Source: Tetramitus jugosus (Eukaryota; Protista; Heterolobosea). From it: DNA of 64,000 nucleotides. The stretch is taken from assembly GCA_937625935.1 (NCBI GenBank), contig OW569360.1, positions 124,001 through 188,000 on the forward strand. Direction: 5' to 3'. Below are positions 34,178 to 43,569 of this stretch, piece by piece. The position numbers and the translations under genes are program-made. Positions within the stretch are counted from its first letter, which is position 1; each line of letters opens with the position of its first letter. Below the pieces are notes generated by a model. The model did not search any database. It was not told where the DNA came from and saw only the letters and a program-made list of their open reading frames with translations.

Positions 34178-35140
34178 ATGCCCTCGACAGCGAGTGAGAA
34201 GGAAACAACAAGTGTGCAACCTCTCTTTTTGACGATTGAACAATGCAAGCTCTACCTTAAGAGAATTGGTCTCCTAGAGGAAATTTGTTTGGCCAATAAT
34301 GTCGAAAGCTTACAAGATCTCAAACAAAAGCTCAAGCCAACGTTGGAGACATTGAAAAGGTTACAGGAGGCACACACGACTCACATTCCGTTTGAGAATT
34401 TGAATATTCACATGGGACAACCTGTTGTAATTGATGAATCACACGTGTTTGAAAAGTTGGTGCTTGCACCGAATCGAGGTGGTTATTGCTTTGAGCAGAA
34501 CATGTTGTTTGGTCATTTTTTGACAATGTTGGGATTCGAGGTGCGTACACTGGGTGCGCGTGTCCTGGTGGGATGCATGCGTCAAAAGTTTTTGCCACTG
34601 AATCATCGAACTCATCTGGTGACCATTCCAAAGGGCGATGGTGATGAAGAGGAGAATAGTGAGGACAGAGTGTGGTTGGTGGATGTTGGATTCGGTGGAA
34701 CGACTCCAATGGTGGCTCCTCTATTGTTTAAGACCAATGTGGAGTGTAAAGTGTACTCGGATACGTTTCGTATCGAATTTGATGAAACCTTGAACTATAT
34801 TCTGCAGTGGTACGATGCTAGTGCATCTCAATGGGAAGATATGTACTGTTTTAGTACTCTTCCATTTATGCCGATTGACTATGTCATGATGAACTATTTT
34901 GTGTCTACTCATCCAGAGTCACTCTTTGTGAACAATTTGTTCTGTGGTTTGGCAACGCTCGAAGGCACAAAGGTCGTGTTCAATAACAAGTTTACTGTGA
35001 GAGACAATCACAAGATTACAGAACGTGTCATCTCGAATATGGAGGAGATGAAGGATGTGCTCATGAATGAGCTCAAGATCCAAGTGCCAGATCATGTGAC
35101 TAATTTTCCAAGAGTGAGCTTTGAGAGGCATCCACTTTAA
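34178..35140 (+). CDS. Arylamine N-acetyltransferase
   Basis: YLKRIG, HIPFENL, RGGYCFEQN (catalytic Cys), NHRTHLV (His), LVDVGFGG (Asp), STHPESLF. Confidence 0.95.
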   Translation: MPSTASEKETTSVQPLFLTIEQCKLYLKRIGLLEEICLANNVESLQDLKQKLKPTLETLKRLQEAHTTHIPFENLNIHMGQPVVIDESHVFEKLVLAPNRGGYCFEQNMLFGHFLTMLGFEVRTLGARVLVGCMRQKFLPLNHRTHLVTIPKGDGDEEENSEDRVWLVDVGFGGTTPMVAPLLFKTNVECKVYSDTFRIEFDETLNYILQWYDASASQWEDMYCFSTLPFMPIDYVMMNYFVSTHPESLFVNNLFCGLATLEGTKVVFNNKFTVRDNHKITERVISNMEEMKDVLMNELKIQVPDHVTNFPRVSFERHPL

Positions 35141-35185
35141 GCAGGTTATCGCGTACATTGATTGAAAACGATTGTTGATAAACAT

Positions 35186-36310
35186 TTATGTACAAAACAG
35201 TGCATCTGAATAGTGAGCAGACGCACTTAAGCAATAATGGGAATCATCCTTTTCTTGTAGTTCTCTGCTTGCATACCGGTATGCGGACTTGTTATTGTTG
35301 ACAGCCATTGCTACAATTTCAGAGTTGGCACACAGCCGCTTCGAAGCATATCGCAAGGAGCAACCATATCTTCGTACAGCCATGGACACAATGTCAAAGT
35401 CATCTCTAAGTGTAGGAGATGCATACTCCAGTGCATAACCATTGTTTTGAACAGCAATTGAAACAATCGTTCTATTGTCACGAATTTCTTGCGAGGCATA
35501 CTGCAAGATGTAACCATAGCTTTGTGCGGCATGCATGACGACATCTGTATCGTTTTTCAACCGATCTGAGGCATACTTGAGAGAATATCCATAATTGTCC
35601 ACAGATTCCATCACAACGTCTCTATCGTCTTTCAACTCTGTTGAAACAAAATCCAAGACACATCCATCGTTGTGTAACGCAGCCAACACCATATCTCTCT
35701 CTCCTCTGTACTCGGCATGATACTTGATCAATTGTTCACAACAGTCAGAAATGGTCTCTCCGTTAAGTGATGCAGATGTACAAAAGCAAAGACAATCAGA
35801 GAACAGTTCCTTCATTCTGACATAACGTTTCGAATTCATGTTCTCATGATTCGATAAAATGGCTATCAATTCCTGACACTTGCCAGTAATTTCTCTCACT
35901 TCCTTGTTGTGAGTGACTGTCATCATGGTGTCTGTTATCCACCTATAGTACTGCAATAGGTGTAAGATGATTCGTATGTCACAGCCAGCATCGATCAACT
36001 GTGCAATCTTCCTGTGGGCAAGAATGGTGGTACAATTTTGTTTGCACATCATCTTTCCTCTCCTCGATGTTAAGAATGAGATACTTGGAAAATGGGTTTC
36101 ACTCTTCAACGCAACCTTATCCTTCAAAATGAACGCTCTCAGCATGAAAAATGAGAATTCATTGTTTTTTTGAAGGAGTTGATTGAATCTACGGTTGACC
36201 AGCAACAAAGACAGATAATTCGTTCGCTTTGGATCACCAAGAACAAATGAAAATATCTCGTGCCACAAGTCGTCCAGGTTATCCACAAACCAAGAGTAAT
36301 TGTCGTTCAT
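35186..36310 (-). CDS. F-box-like N-terminus plus DUF4116-type ~25-aa tandem repeats
   Basis: LDDLWHEIFSFV...LLLVNRRFNQLL, then repeats of D.DVV..AV...G..L.YAS..L. Confidence 0.8.
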   Translation of the reverse strand: MNDNYSWFVDNLDDLWHEIFSFVLGDPKRTNYLSLLLVNRRFNQLLQKNNEFSFFMLRAFILKDKVALKSETHFPSISFLTSRRGKMMCKQNCTTILAHRKIAQLIDAGCDIRIILHLLQYYRWITDTMMTVTHNKEVREITGKCQELIAILSNHENMNSKRYVRMKELFSDCLCFCTSASLNGETISDCCEQLIKYHAEYRGERDMVLAALHNDGCVLDFVSTELKDDRDVVMESVDNYGYSLKYASDRLKNDTDVVMHAAQSYGYILQYASQEIRDNRTIVSIAVQNNGYALEYASPTLRDDFDIVSMAVRRYGCSLRYASKRLCANSEIVAMAVNNNKSAYRYASRELQEKDDSHYCLSASAHYSDALFCT

Positions 36311-36488
36311 TTTTGTGGTGTCTGGCTTGTTTGATCTCAGATCTATCCGCCACTGACGATGATTCGGACATTGGATTTATTTTCTTTGTATTTTTAGCAC
36401 GCACTTGTTCAAATAGCAGGTCGATGCATAACAAGCATGACAAGGATCTGGACTTACTGTCCACACCGTCGTTACAGATACATGACTG

Positions 36489-38714
36489 TTACACCCTGAC
36501 TATGTTGAGACGTTGATCAGGCGAATCATTGCATACCCAGAGATTGGCATCTGTTGAATCTGTGTTCAAGTTCGCACACAAATCTGGATTCATAATTTTC
36601 GAAGAGAGATTCGTAATAAGGGAGCAACTCTTCTTTTTGTTATGTGTCAATGGGAATTGCCAGAGTTGTTTTGTTCGGAAGTGACAAGGCCACAGAATCA
36701 GTGGTGATGTTGGCTCATCTGGTCCAGAATAATCCAAACACATTTGATACTTCTTATTAATCAGAGCACACATGGTAGAGTTCTTGGCTTGTACGAAGCA
36801 CTTTTCATTCTCGTCATATTTGATATCATGCGGGTCAGTGCATGCTGCGATCATCCATTCTTGTTCCTCAAGGGATTCCCGTACAGCAGTTGCAGCGTCA
36901 CCTTCATCTATCAGATGGTTGCATGGAAGGGCATGAACTGAATTATCATCGAATGCGGTCAAGCATGTAGCTTCATCAGAGAAGATATGATATGAGGTTT
37001 TGTCTCTCACTTGGTTACTACTATCATCCATCCATGCATCCAGCTCATCAAGCAGGAATGTATCATTTGCAAACTTTCTTGCGAACAGTGCAGTCCTTTC
37101 GTTCTTCAGGTATGGAAGATCTTCGGAATCAAAGTTATCAGGATGTCGACCACAAGAGTCAGCGATCCTATCAAAGAAGCATTCAGCAGTATCTCTCCAC
37201 TTGATCGATCGGAGGTTATTATGAACAATCTCATGACAGAATGGGCTAGCCTTGATAATAGTCTGGAAGAATAATTCGTCTGAAACCAGCATGTTGTCAA
37301 TATATCGCAAAAATTTAGGTACAAGAAGCTCATCATGCATAAAGAACTTGCAAAGTGAATTGTGCATGATAAACCATTGAGATCCACTCCAAATATCAAT
37401 TCCTCGAGGCAATGGTCTCCATCCTGCCAAATATAAATAATTATCACATTCTGCAAAGCCGAGTTTAATCGGTTTGTTATCTCTCAAGTCGTTTAGATGC
37501 ATATCAACATAGCTGATATCCTTCTTTCCAAGCAGGTATGCATTCACTGCTAATTCCTGGACAATCTCCTTGTTGGATCTTAGAGGATAATCTGCTCCAC
37601 TCAAATTGATACAGTATTCCCAATCATCAGGAAAATCTCGATGTAGAACTTTCATTGATTCCATTGTGGCATAAATCATGCTTGGACCTCCCCACGTAAT
37701 AGAATATTGATTGAACACGATGACATTAGGCCTTTTCACGGCGAAACGTTTGTACAGCTCGCCAATTTTCTGATTTACTTGATTCTTGTACTCATCAGTC
37801 GACTTTGAATCAATGTGGACAACATAATAGAAATTTGGGTCATAGATTCTAGCCAACAAGCGCCTCACATGATCAATATTATTGTGTAGCAATAGAATAT
37901 ATGCCAACTTGATATTAAAGTACTCTTTTGGTACTTGTGACACAATTGGGTTAGGATCCAACTCATATTGTTCTCGATGTTTGACTAGTTGTTCATGTAA
38001 GGGCGTATTTTGCTGATTTTCAGCCTCATGATGCTCATTGGCTATATTCATGCGTCGTTTCACCTTTTGATTCAAAGATACGCCTGATTTTCTTTGTATC
38101 AGAGGCTTCTCTGTTGTTGCAGTACGATTTTGTTTACTTGCTAACTGAGTCACATTTGCAGCATTTTCTACAACATTGGCTGATCCATCATCTTTATCAT
38201 CAGCATCATCATGTTCGTCATTTTCATCACCTAATACTTCCACTGGTCTTGGACAAAATGAAGGAAACGAAAACAAATCTTCCTCATCATGGTACAGTGC
38301 CCTATTGTTGATCATGTATGTCTCTGCAACCTTTAGCTTACAAGTGTATGATTTGATACGTTCAATCGATGGTCCAATATTACGCTTATCCACATCTGAA
38401 AACTCTTTCCACAATCTCTTAAACATGACTCTTGCTTCCAAATCCTTCACTTGATTCTGACCAATGTGGTGATCTGCAGATCTCTTCTTGTTTGCTGCCT
38501 GTGCTGCATCATTGTCTGATTGTCTTGACCTTGGAGAATTTCCAGCAATGATGGGAGGAATCTGTTCTGCTGTTTCTGCTGCTGTTTGTTTCTTCAAGAG
38601 ATAAAAGAAGAAGATGGCAATCAAGCAGAGAACAATTGAAATGACAATCATTGCCTTTTGAGAAGAAGAAGACTTCTTGGCACTCACTGAATCCTTGTGC
38701 TTCTTGGTTTCCAT
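36489..38714 (-). CDS. GT14 (XYLT-like) type II membrane glycosyltransferase with C-terminal ricin-B lectin domain
   Basis: TM anchor, LAYILLLH, YYVVHIDSKS, ITWGGPSM, INLSGADYPL, GSQWF, DELFFQT, LFARKF. Tail has CLD/QxW ricin repeats (EQEW, KQLW). Confidence 0.88.
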   Translation of the reverse strand: METKKHKDSVSAKKSSSSQKAMIVISIVLCLIAIFFFYLLKKQTAAETAEQIPPIIAGNSPRSRQSDNDAAQAANKKRSADHHIGQNQVKDLEARVMFKRLWKEFSDVDKRNIGPSIERIKSYTCKLKVAETYMINNRALYHDEEDLFSFPSFCPRPVEVLGDENDEHDDADDKDDGSANVVENAANVTQLASKQNRTATTEKPLIQRKSGVSLNQKVKRRMNIANEHHEAENQQNTPLHEQLVKHREQYELDPNPIVSQVPKEYFNIKLAYILLLHNNIDHVRRLLARIYDPNFYYVVHIDSKSTDEYKNQVNQKIGELYKRFAVKRPNVIVFNQYSITWGGPSMIYATMESMKVLHRDFPDDWEYCINLSGADYPLRSNKEIVQELAVNAYLLGKKDISYVDMHLNDLRDNKPIKLGFAECDNYLYLAGWRPLPRGIDIWSGSQWFIMHNSLCKFFMHDELLVPKFLRYIDNMLVSDELFFQTIIKASPFCHEIVHNNLRSIKWRDTAECFFDRIADSCGRHPDNFDSEDLPYLKNERTALFARKFANDTFLLDELDAWMDDSSNQVRDKTSYHIFSDEATCLTAFDDNSVHALPCNHLIDEGDAATAVRESLEEQEWMIAACTDPHDIKYDENEKCFVQAKNSTMCALINKKYQMCLDYSGPDEPTSPLILWPCHFRTKQLWQFPLTHNKKKSCSLITNLSSKIMNPDLCANLNTDSTDANLWVCNDSPDQRLNIVRV

Positions 38715-38831
38715 GAAATGTGCTGTTGTTGTGCCCTGTGAAGTCTGTGTCAAGCGAGTTCGTTGTTTTTTCTTTCGTGAACCAAGAGAAGTTGTGAAAA
38801 GGAAATGGTTTTTATTTTCCGCTTTCCTTTG

Positions 38832-39245
38832 TTAGTTTTGCTGCAGCAAGTTGGTTGTTTGCTTTTTTGCCTGAAAACTACTGTTGCTGTTGTTACCATT
38901 GGAGTGGAAACGAGACCGAGAACGATGAAACATGGAGCTTGGAGGGCTATTCGGAGAAGAGGTGGAGTTGGAAACAGAGTTCAAAGACGAGTTATATCCC
39001 ATCTTGATACTCTCAAGTGTTCTATTCCTCTCTGTTTCTATATCTACATCCAACTGCTTGATACGCTCGATCAATTCTTCATTTTTCTCTTGAAAATGAG
39101 AAATCTCCTTGGAGGTGTCCGCAATCTTGTCCTCTAGCTTTTGAAACATTTCCTCTCGTTGTTTGAGGATTTGTCTAAACTTCTTCTCACTTCGCTCGTA
39201 CTCCCCGACAAAAGATATTGGCTGTGAGGTACTAGAGTTGTTCAT
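38832..39245 (-). CDS. Hypothetical coiled-coil protein (137 aa)
   Basis: ATG-initiated ORF with E/K-rich heptad segment and Ser/Asn-rich tail. Confidence 0.55.
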   Translation of the reverse strand: MNNSSTSQPISFVGEYERSEKKFRQILKQREEMFQKLEDKIADTSKEISHFQEKNEELIERIKQLDVDIETERNRTLESIKMGYNSSLNSVSNSTSSPNSPPSSMFHRSRSRFHSNGNNSNSSFQAKKQTTNLLQQN

Positions 39246-39516
39246 CTAACTATTCACTTTTCAGTTCAAGAGTGGTTCACTTTGATTTTGGTCAGCCCGA
39301 TCTTAGGGAATTCATCAGTTTCTACGTAGAAACGAATGGCGCGAGAGGATTACTCCTACCGAGGTCAGAAATGTGGAAGATTTCAGACGCTGGTAAAGGA
39401 ATACTTTTTCTAGACGTCATTAATATAGACTCATGAGCTCAAATTAATCCCCTGGCCAACTGATCAATTTAGCAGTTAGCAGTCTTCGTTTGTGCTGAAC
39501 AACAAACAAGTGACAC

Positions 39517-40029
39517 ATGGCCGCTACGTACCATCCAAACACTCTACTATGCCAGATCATCTGTCAGGAATTGTCCATTGAACAATTGAGGGATCCACTG
39601 AACATTCAATATTACCGTGGCGTCTCCTTCAAACAATACATGGATACAAAGTACGATGAAAAAAGAAAAGTGCTACGGATTCCTCACACATACATTGTTT
39701 GTTTAGACAATGTGGTAGCCAGACACTGTATTGCAATACTGAGTGCAACCGCATCTGTACCAAAGCAACAATTGGATGAATTCAAGGAGATTTCTAATCA
39801 TTTGGTTGACCAATTCAAGACACAGCTGTGGATGGAAGTCATGCACAAGAGACCATTCTCGGTCCCTCTCTTCACAAGCATTTTAGGAGAAGCTCTCCAT
39901 CTCATTTACAACAACACCGGCTTACCTTACTTGATGAGCACAGTGAAGCTGGGACGCAATATTCGGTCAATTAACTGTTGGACCTCCCATCCTGAATTAG
40001 TTCCCATATTTACGTCCTATCATAAATGA
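39517..40029 (+). CDS. Hypothetical protein (170 aa)
   Basis: ATG after an AAC-rich leader, globular composition, AATAAA right after the stop. Confidence 0.6.
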   Translation: MAATYHPNTLLCQIICQELSIEQLRDPLNIQYYRGVSFKQYMDTKYDEKRKVLRIPHTYIVCLDNVVARHCIAILSATASVPKQQLDEFKEISNHLVDQFKTQLWMEVMHKRPFSVPLFTSILGEALHLIYNNTGLPYLMSTVKLGRNIRSINCWTSHPELVPIFTSYHK

Positions 40030-40071
40030 AATAAATAAAGTCATCCTTTGTGTATTTATCGAATAATTGAC

Positions 40072-41163
40072 TTATTTGGAGCAAGTAGCTCTGAGAAATG
40101 ACCAGATGCAGTGTTCGTCCTTTGTTTTGGTTAATTGTGGTACCCTTGTCTTATCTCTAATCTTACCGCTCAAGTACATGATATCATCGTTTCTATCCTG
40201 ATCGCCTCCCAATCGACTGAGACCAACATTGACAATATGATACAACTTTGTGTTATTGGGCACAGCATGAACAAGTCTCCATTTGGACAACACTGGTGAT
40301 TGGTCAGCATCGTGATGAGGTATCAATGAGGCTGACATACCGTACTCTTCCAACAATTCACCACCCAAGTCTGTTTCAGGAGCTGAAAGCTCTTTCAATC
40401 GCCCATGTAAATCACTGAACAAAATAATGTACTCGCCGTTGCCAACATGACTCAAAAAACAATCATGTGACAAATCGAACTTCGTCAATGTTTCGTTCAT
40501 CATGATCGCATCCGCTAGCAACGGATTCGGTTGCAGCACATTGGCAGTTGCAGAACAAATCATTGAATAGTGAGCAGGTGCAAGGGGCACGTTCTCTGAT
40601 AAAGCTTGTGGTATCAATCTCTCGAATCTCCACAGGAGCTCCTTTGTACTTGGGGCATTTTGCCTGCTCCAATCCACCATTTCAGGAATATTGTCCTCTG
40701 ACTCTCCCTTCAAATACTTGCCACTCTTCACATTCTGCACACAGTACACATGATTCAACGTGTGGTAGTCTGACGGAATGAGACGCCACTGTTGGTGCAA
40801 ACTGCGTTCCGTACTGGATCCCTGCCACAAAAAGGGTGTCACTCTGGATCGATCAGGAAAAAGCATCCATTGTTTTGCCTGAGTGTGAGGCATGGTGTTT
40901 CCATCGATGCAGTGCGGTGTTTCAACCATGAAATTTGTTTTGATCGAACATCGAATCTGTTGTGCCGCTAGGTCGTCAGAGGAGGAGTGACTGGCTTGCA
41001 TGACATCGACAAACCACCACTGCGATTGGCTCATGATGTTCGGAGCGTTGTTGAGAGCCATTCTCATGTGGTTGGACACGGGTTGTCTCACTAAATGAGT
41101 ATCTGCATCCAGACAGAGACCATTCTTGATGCATGTGATCATGTACTCGCCTGATTCCATCAT
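40072..41163 (-). CDS. Ricin-B/beta-trefoil lectin-like protein without signal peptide
   Basis: YMITCIKNGLCLDA, QSQWWF, HQQWRL, YCVQNVKSGKYL, ELLWRF, SKWRL, HCIWSF: repeated (Q)xW trefoil motifs, probably two domains. Confidence 0.7.
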   Translation of the reverse strand: MMESGEYMITCIKNGLCLDADTHLVRQPVSNHMRMALNNAPNIMSQSQWWFVDVMQASHSSSDDLAAQQIRCSIKTNFMVETPHCIDGNTMPHTQAKQWMLFPDRSRVTPFLWQGSSTERSLHQQWRLIPSDYHTLNHVYCVQNVKSGKYLKGESEDNIPEMVDWSRQNAPSTKELLWRFERLIPQALSENVPLAPAHYSMICSATANVLQPNPLLADAIMMNETLTKFDLSHDCFLSHVGNGEYIILFSDLHGRLKELSAPETDLGGELLEEYGMSASLIPHHDADQSPVLSKWRLVHAVPNNTKLYHIVNVGLSRLGGDQDRNDDIMYLSGKIRDKTRVPQLTKTKDEHCIWSFLRATCSK

Positions 41164-41477
41164 CGTTGTTTGCTGTTTTTTGTCCTTTCTTGGGCTGTCA
41201 GCGATCGCTCAACCAAGTTCGTTTTTTTCCGACTGAGACAGTCGGGAAGTTTAAGCTTCGCTCCCCGAAAGGATTCGAACATTCGATCTAAAAATGTTGT
41301 CTTATTGGTGATCCACATTCAAAGTTTTCACACGAGATCTGATCAATTCTTTCTGTATTTAGAGAGATTTGTGGTGCCTGGGGTGGTATAAATTGGAAGT
41401 CTTCAGATGTGTGTTTTCACTTTTTCACAACACAGCATTAAAACCTACAAACACCCAACTTCATAAACTGTTCAAAC

Positions 41478-42098
41478 ATGAATTCCAAGGTACAAGTATT
41501 CCTCATCGTGCTTCTGGCTCTGGTTCTTGGCTCCTATTGCCAAACTATTATCTCCTTTGATCAAAATGTCCTGTTCGTTCCTGCTGATGGAACAAAGGTG
41601 TACAGAGTTAACATGGCTGACAACACTTATGTTCAATTCCAAATCACTACAGCTGGTACTAGCAACTTCAACTTCCAGATTAAGCAATTGGCTCAAAATC
41701 CATTCTCTGCTGTTATTCCAGCCAACAACAAGGTTCTTGGAATCTTCAAGTTTGAGACACAACTTGATGCAGCACCTCGTCCTTTCACTGGTATCGTCTC
41801 CATGAAATACCAAAGTAATCAACTGGTTGATACCGCCAATACTGTCAGTGCCATCGTCTACTCTCCTTCCAACAACTCATGGAACAGAAGAGGAGTTCTA
41901 TCCACTTCTTCTAACGTGAATCCGACAGCTGTAGTGAGTGATAGTGACTTTGATGCAAGTTCTGACCTGTTCTTTGGTTTCATTGAGAATACTGGAACCC
42001 TACCAAGACCATCAGCCGCCTCAACTACTATGAGTAAGGCGAAATTAGCTCTTTCCTTTGGTGCAGTAGTTGGAGTCTGCTTGGCCGTTCTCGTATAA
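41478..42098 (+). CDS. Secreted, probably GPI-anchored, beta-rich surface protein
   Basis: Signal peptide MNSKVQVFLIVLLALVLGSYC. Small-residue site SAAS followed by a C-terminal hydrophobic tail. Confidence 0.75.
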   Translation: MNSKVQVFLIVLLALVLGSYCQTIISFDQNVLFVPADGTKVYRVNMADNTYVQFQITTAGTSNFNFQIKQLAQNPFSAVIPANNKVLGIFKFETQLDAAPRPFTGIVSMKYQSNQLVDTANTVSAIVYSPSNNSWNRRGVLSTSSNVNPTAVVSDSDFDASSDLFFGFIENTGTLPRPSAASTTMSKAKLALSFGAVVGVCLAVLV

Positions 42099-42211
42099 TT
42101 GAATACCACTCGCCTCTCATTGGACATTCCAATTTGAAAGTTGTACATAGTAATTGAATAAATATTGGTATTTTACAAAAGTTACATAATGCTTTTCTTG
42201 AACAAGTTCTT

Positions 42212-43228
42212 CTACTTTAAAGTAAATTTTCGAACAAACGTATCGTAATCATGGTGATGTTTCTTGTTGCTACTCCTCCGAACTTCAATAAGTTGGTTCA
42301 ACTTTCTCTTGCCTCGCACGGGAGGATGAACCACCTTTGGGTTTTCATTTCCTGAATGCCATGACCACTCTCGCTCCTCTTCTTCACTGGACAACTGATT
42401 CGCACTCGGATCGCCTATTGGTGAAATGTCTTGTTTAGAGGAGAATGAGGAAACAGAAGTGGAAGCTGAGAGAGGAGATGATTGACTGATTGATTGATTC
42501 AGTACTACAGGTGGTTCCTCCATGGGAGTATTGTTCACAAGAGCAGTGAAAGACAAGGTAGTTGGGCTACACTCGATAGATTCTCCTACAACCGCGTGAG
42601 ATTGGTTATTGGTGCTTGAAATGTATGGTACAAGAGGTTCATTGATAGAGTGACGACTATAGTTGTCCACTGACGATGATGACGATGGTGGACATGTTTT
42701 GGTGCTTGCTTCGATGAGCGCGCGATCTCTGCTCTGTACGGAGAGCCACAACTGCTGAATCAGAGACTTTTGTTGAGAATTTTCATTTCTTAACATATCG
42801 TTCTCTTGTTTTAGTGTTTCCATCATCAAGGCACTGTTGTTGATCGTGGATGGTTGGTAGTTTGGTGTTGAACCAACAGACGCATGACTACTGTTTGACA
42901 CTTGGTCAAGTCCCATGAAACTCTCTCCCAAAAGGTCTGAACAATTGACCATCGAGCTGGACAGGGAAATAAACTGTGTGTTGCTGAGACAACTCGCAGT
43001 GTTCTCTTCTCTTCGTTCTCTGCTGACACCTGAACTGAGAGGTGAATGGTCAAAGAAGCAGTCACCACCAGTGTATGTAGAGTATTGGTGGGATTGGATA
43101 TGAGAGCTGGTAAGAAATTGATCTCCCAGTGGTGTATGTAATGAATGATTATAGTTCAATAACTCTTCATCATTGGTGTCTAACTGTAAAAGTGTGGACG
43201 GTGGTCTCTCTTGCTCTCGATTGGACAT
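42212..43228 (-). CDS. Hypothetical Ser-rich protein with short coiled coil and basic C-terminus
   Basis: ETLKQENDMLRNENSQQKSLIQQL coiled coil and RGKRK basic patch. Confidence 0.65.
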   Translation of the reverse strand: MSNREQERPPSTLLQLDTNDEELLNYNHSLHTPLGDQFLTSSHIQSHQYSTYTGGDCFFDHSPLSSGVSRERREENTASCLSNTQFISLSSSMVNCSDLLGESFMGLDQVSNSSHASVGSTPNYQPSTINNSALMMETLKQENDMLRNENSQQKSLIQQLWLSVQSRDRALIEASTKTCPPSSSSSVDNYSRHSINEPLVPYISSTNNQSHAVVGESIECSPTTLSFTALVNNTPMEEPPVVLNQSISQSSPLSASTSVSSFSSKQDISPIGDPSANQLSSEEEEREWSWHSGNENPKVVHPPVRGKRKLNQLIEVRRSSNKKHHHDYDTFVRKFTLK

Positions 43229-43569
43229 TTGTTGTAGTGGTGTTGTGGAGGAATTACGTACGGTAGATCGTTGGTGTTGTTGTGTTGATGAGTGTTGTTG
43301 GTGTTGTTATGAATCAAACAGGAATTCCCCCTCCTAGGATTAGTATTATTAGCTCTCAGAGCTGGTCTGGAATCTTTTGCGATCAAAGTTGGAACATCTG
43401 CACGTTATTAGCATAACACTCAACGCTCCTCCAAAAGAATCTGAACTCTCTCAATTTGCCTCGGAAGATTGGGACCGGAGCTTATCGTATTGATTTGGCA
43501 ATGTCACGGATAATTTTTATTATCTCAACTGAAAAAGGAAGCAAAGCTATACCTTTATTCGGTTCTGCT

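Noticed and set aside
41258-41290. GTTCGAATCC T-loop-like sequence on the minus strand
   Set aside because: The T-stem is imperfect and I could not fold a D-arm, anticodon arm or acceptor stem, so it is not called a tRNA.
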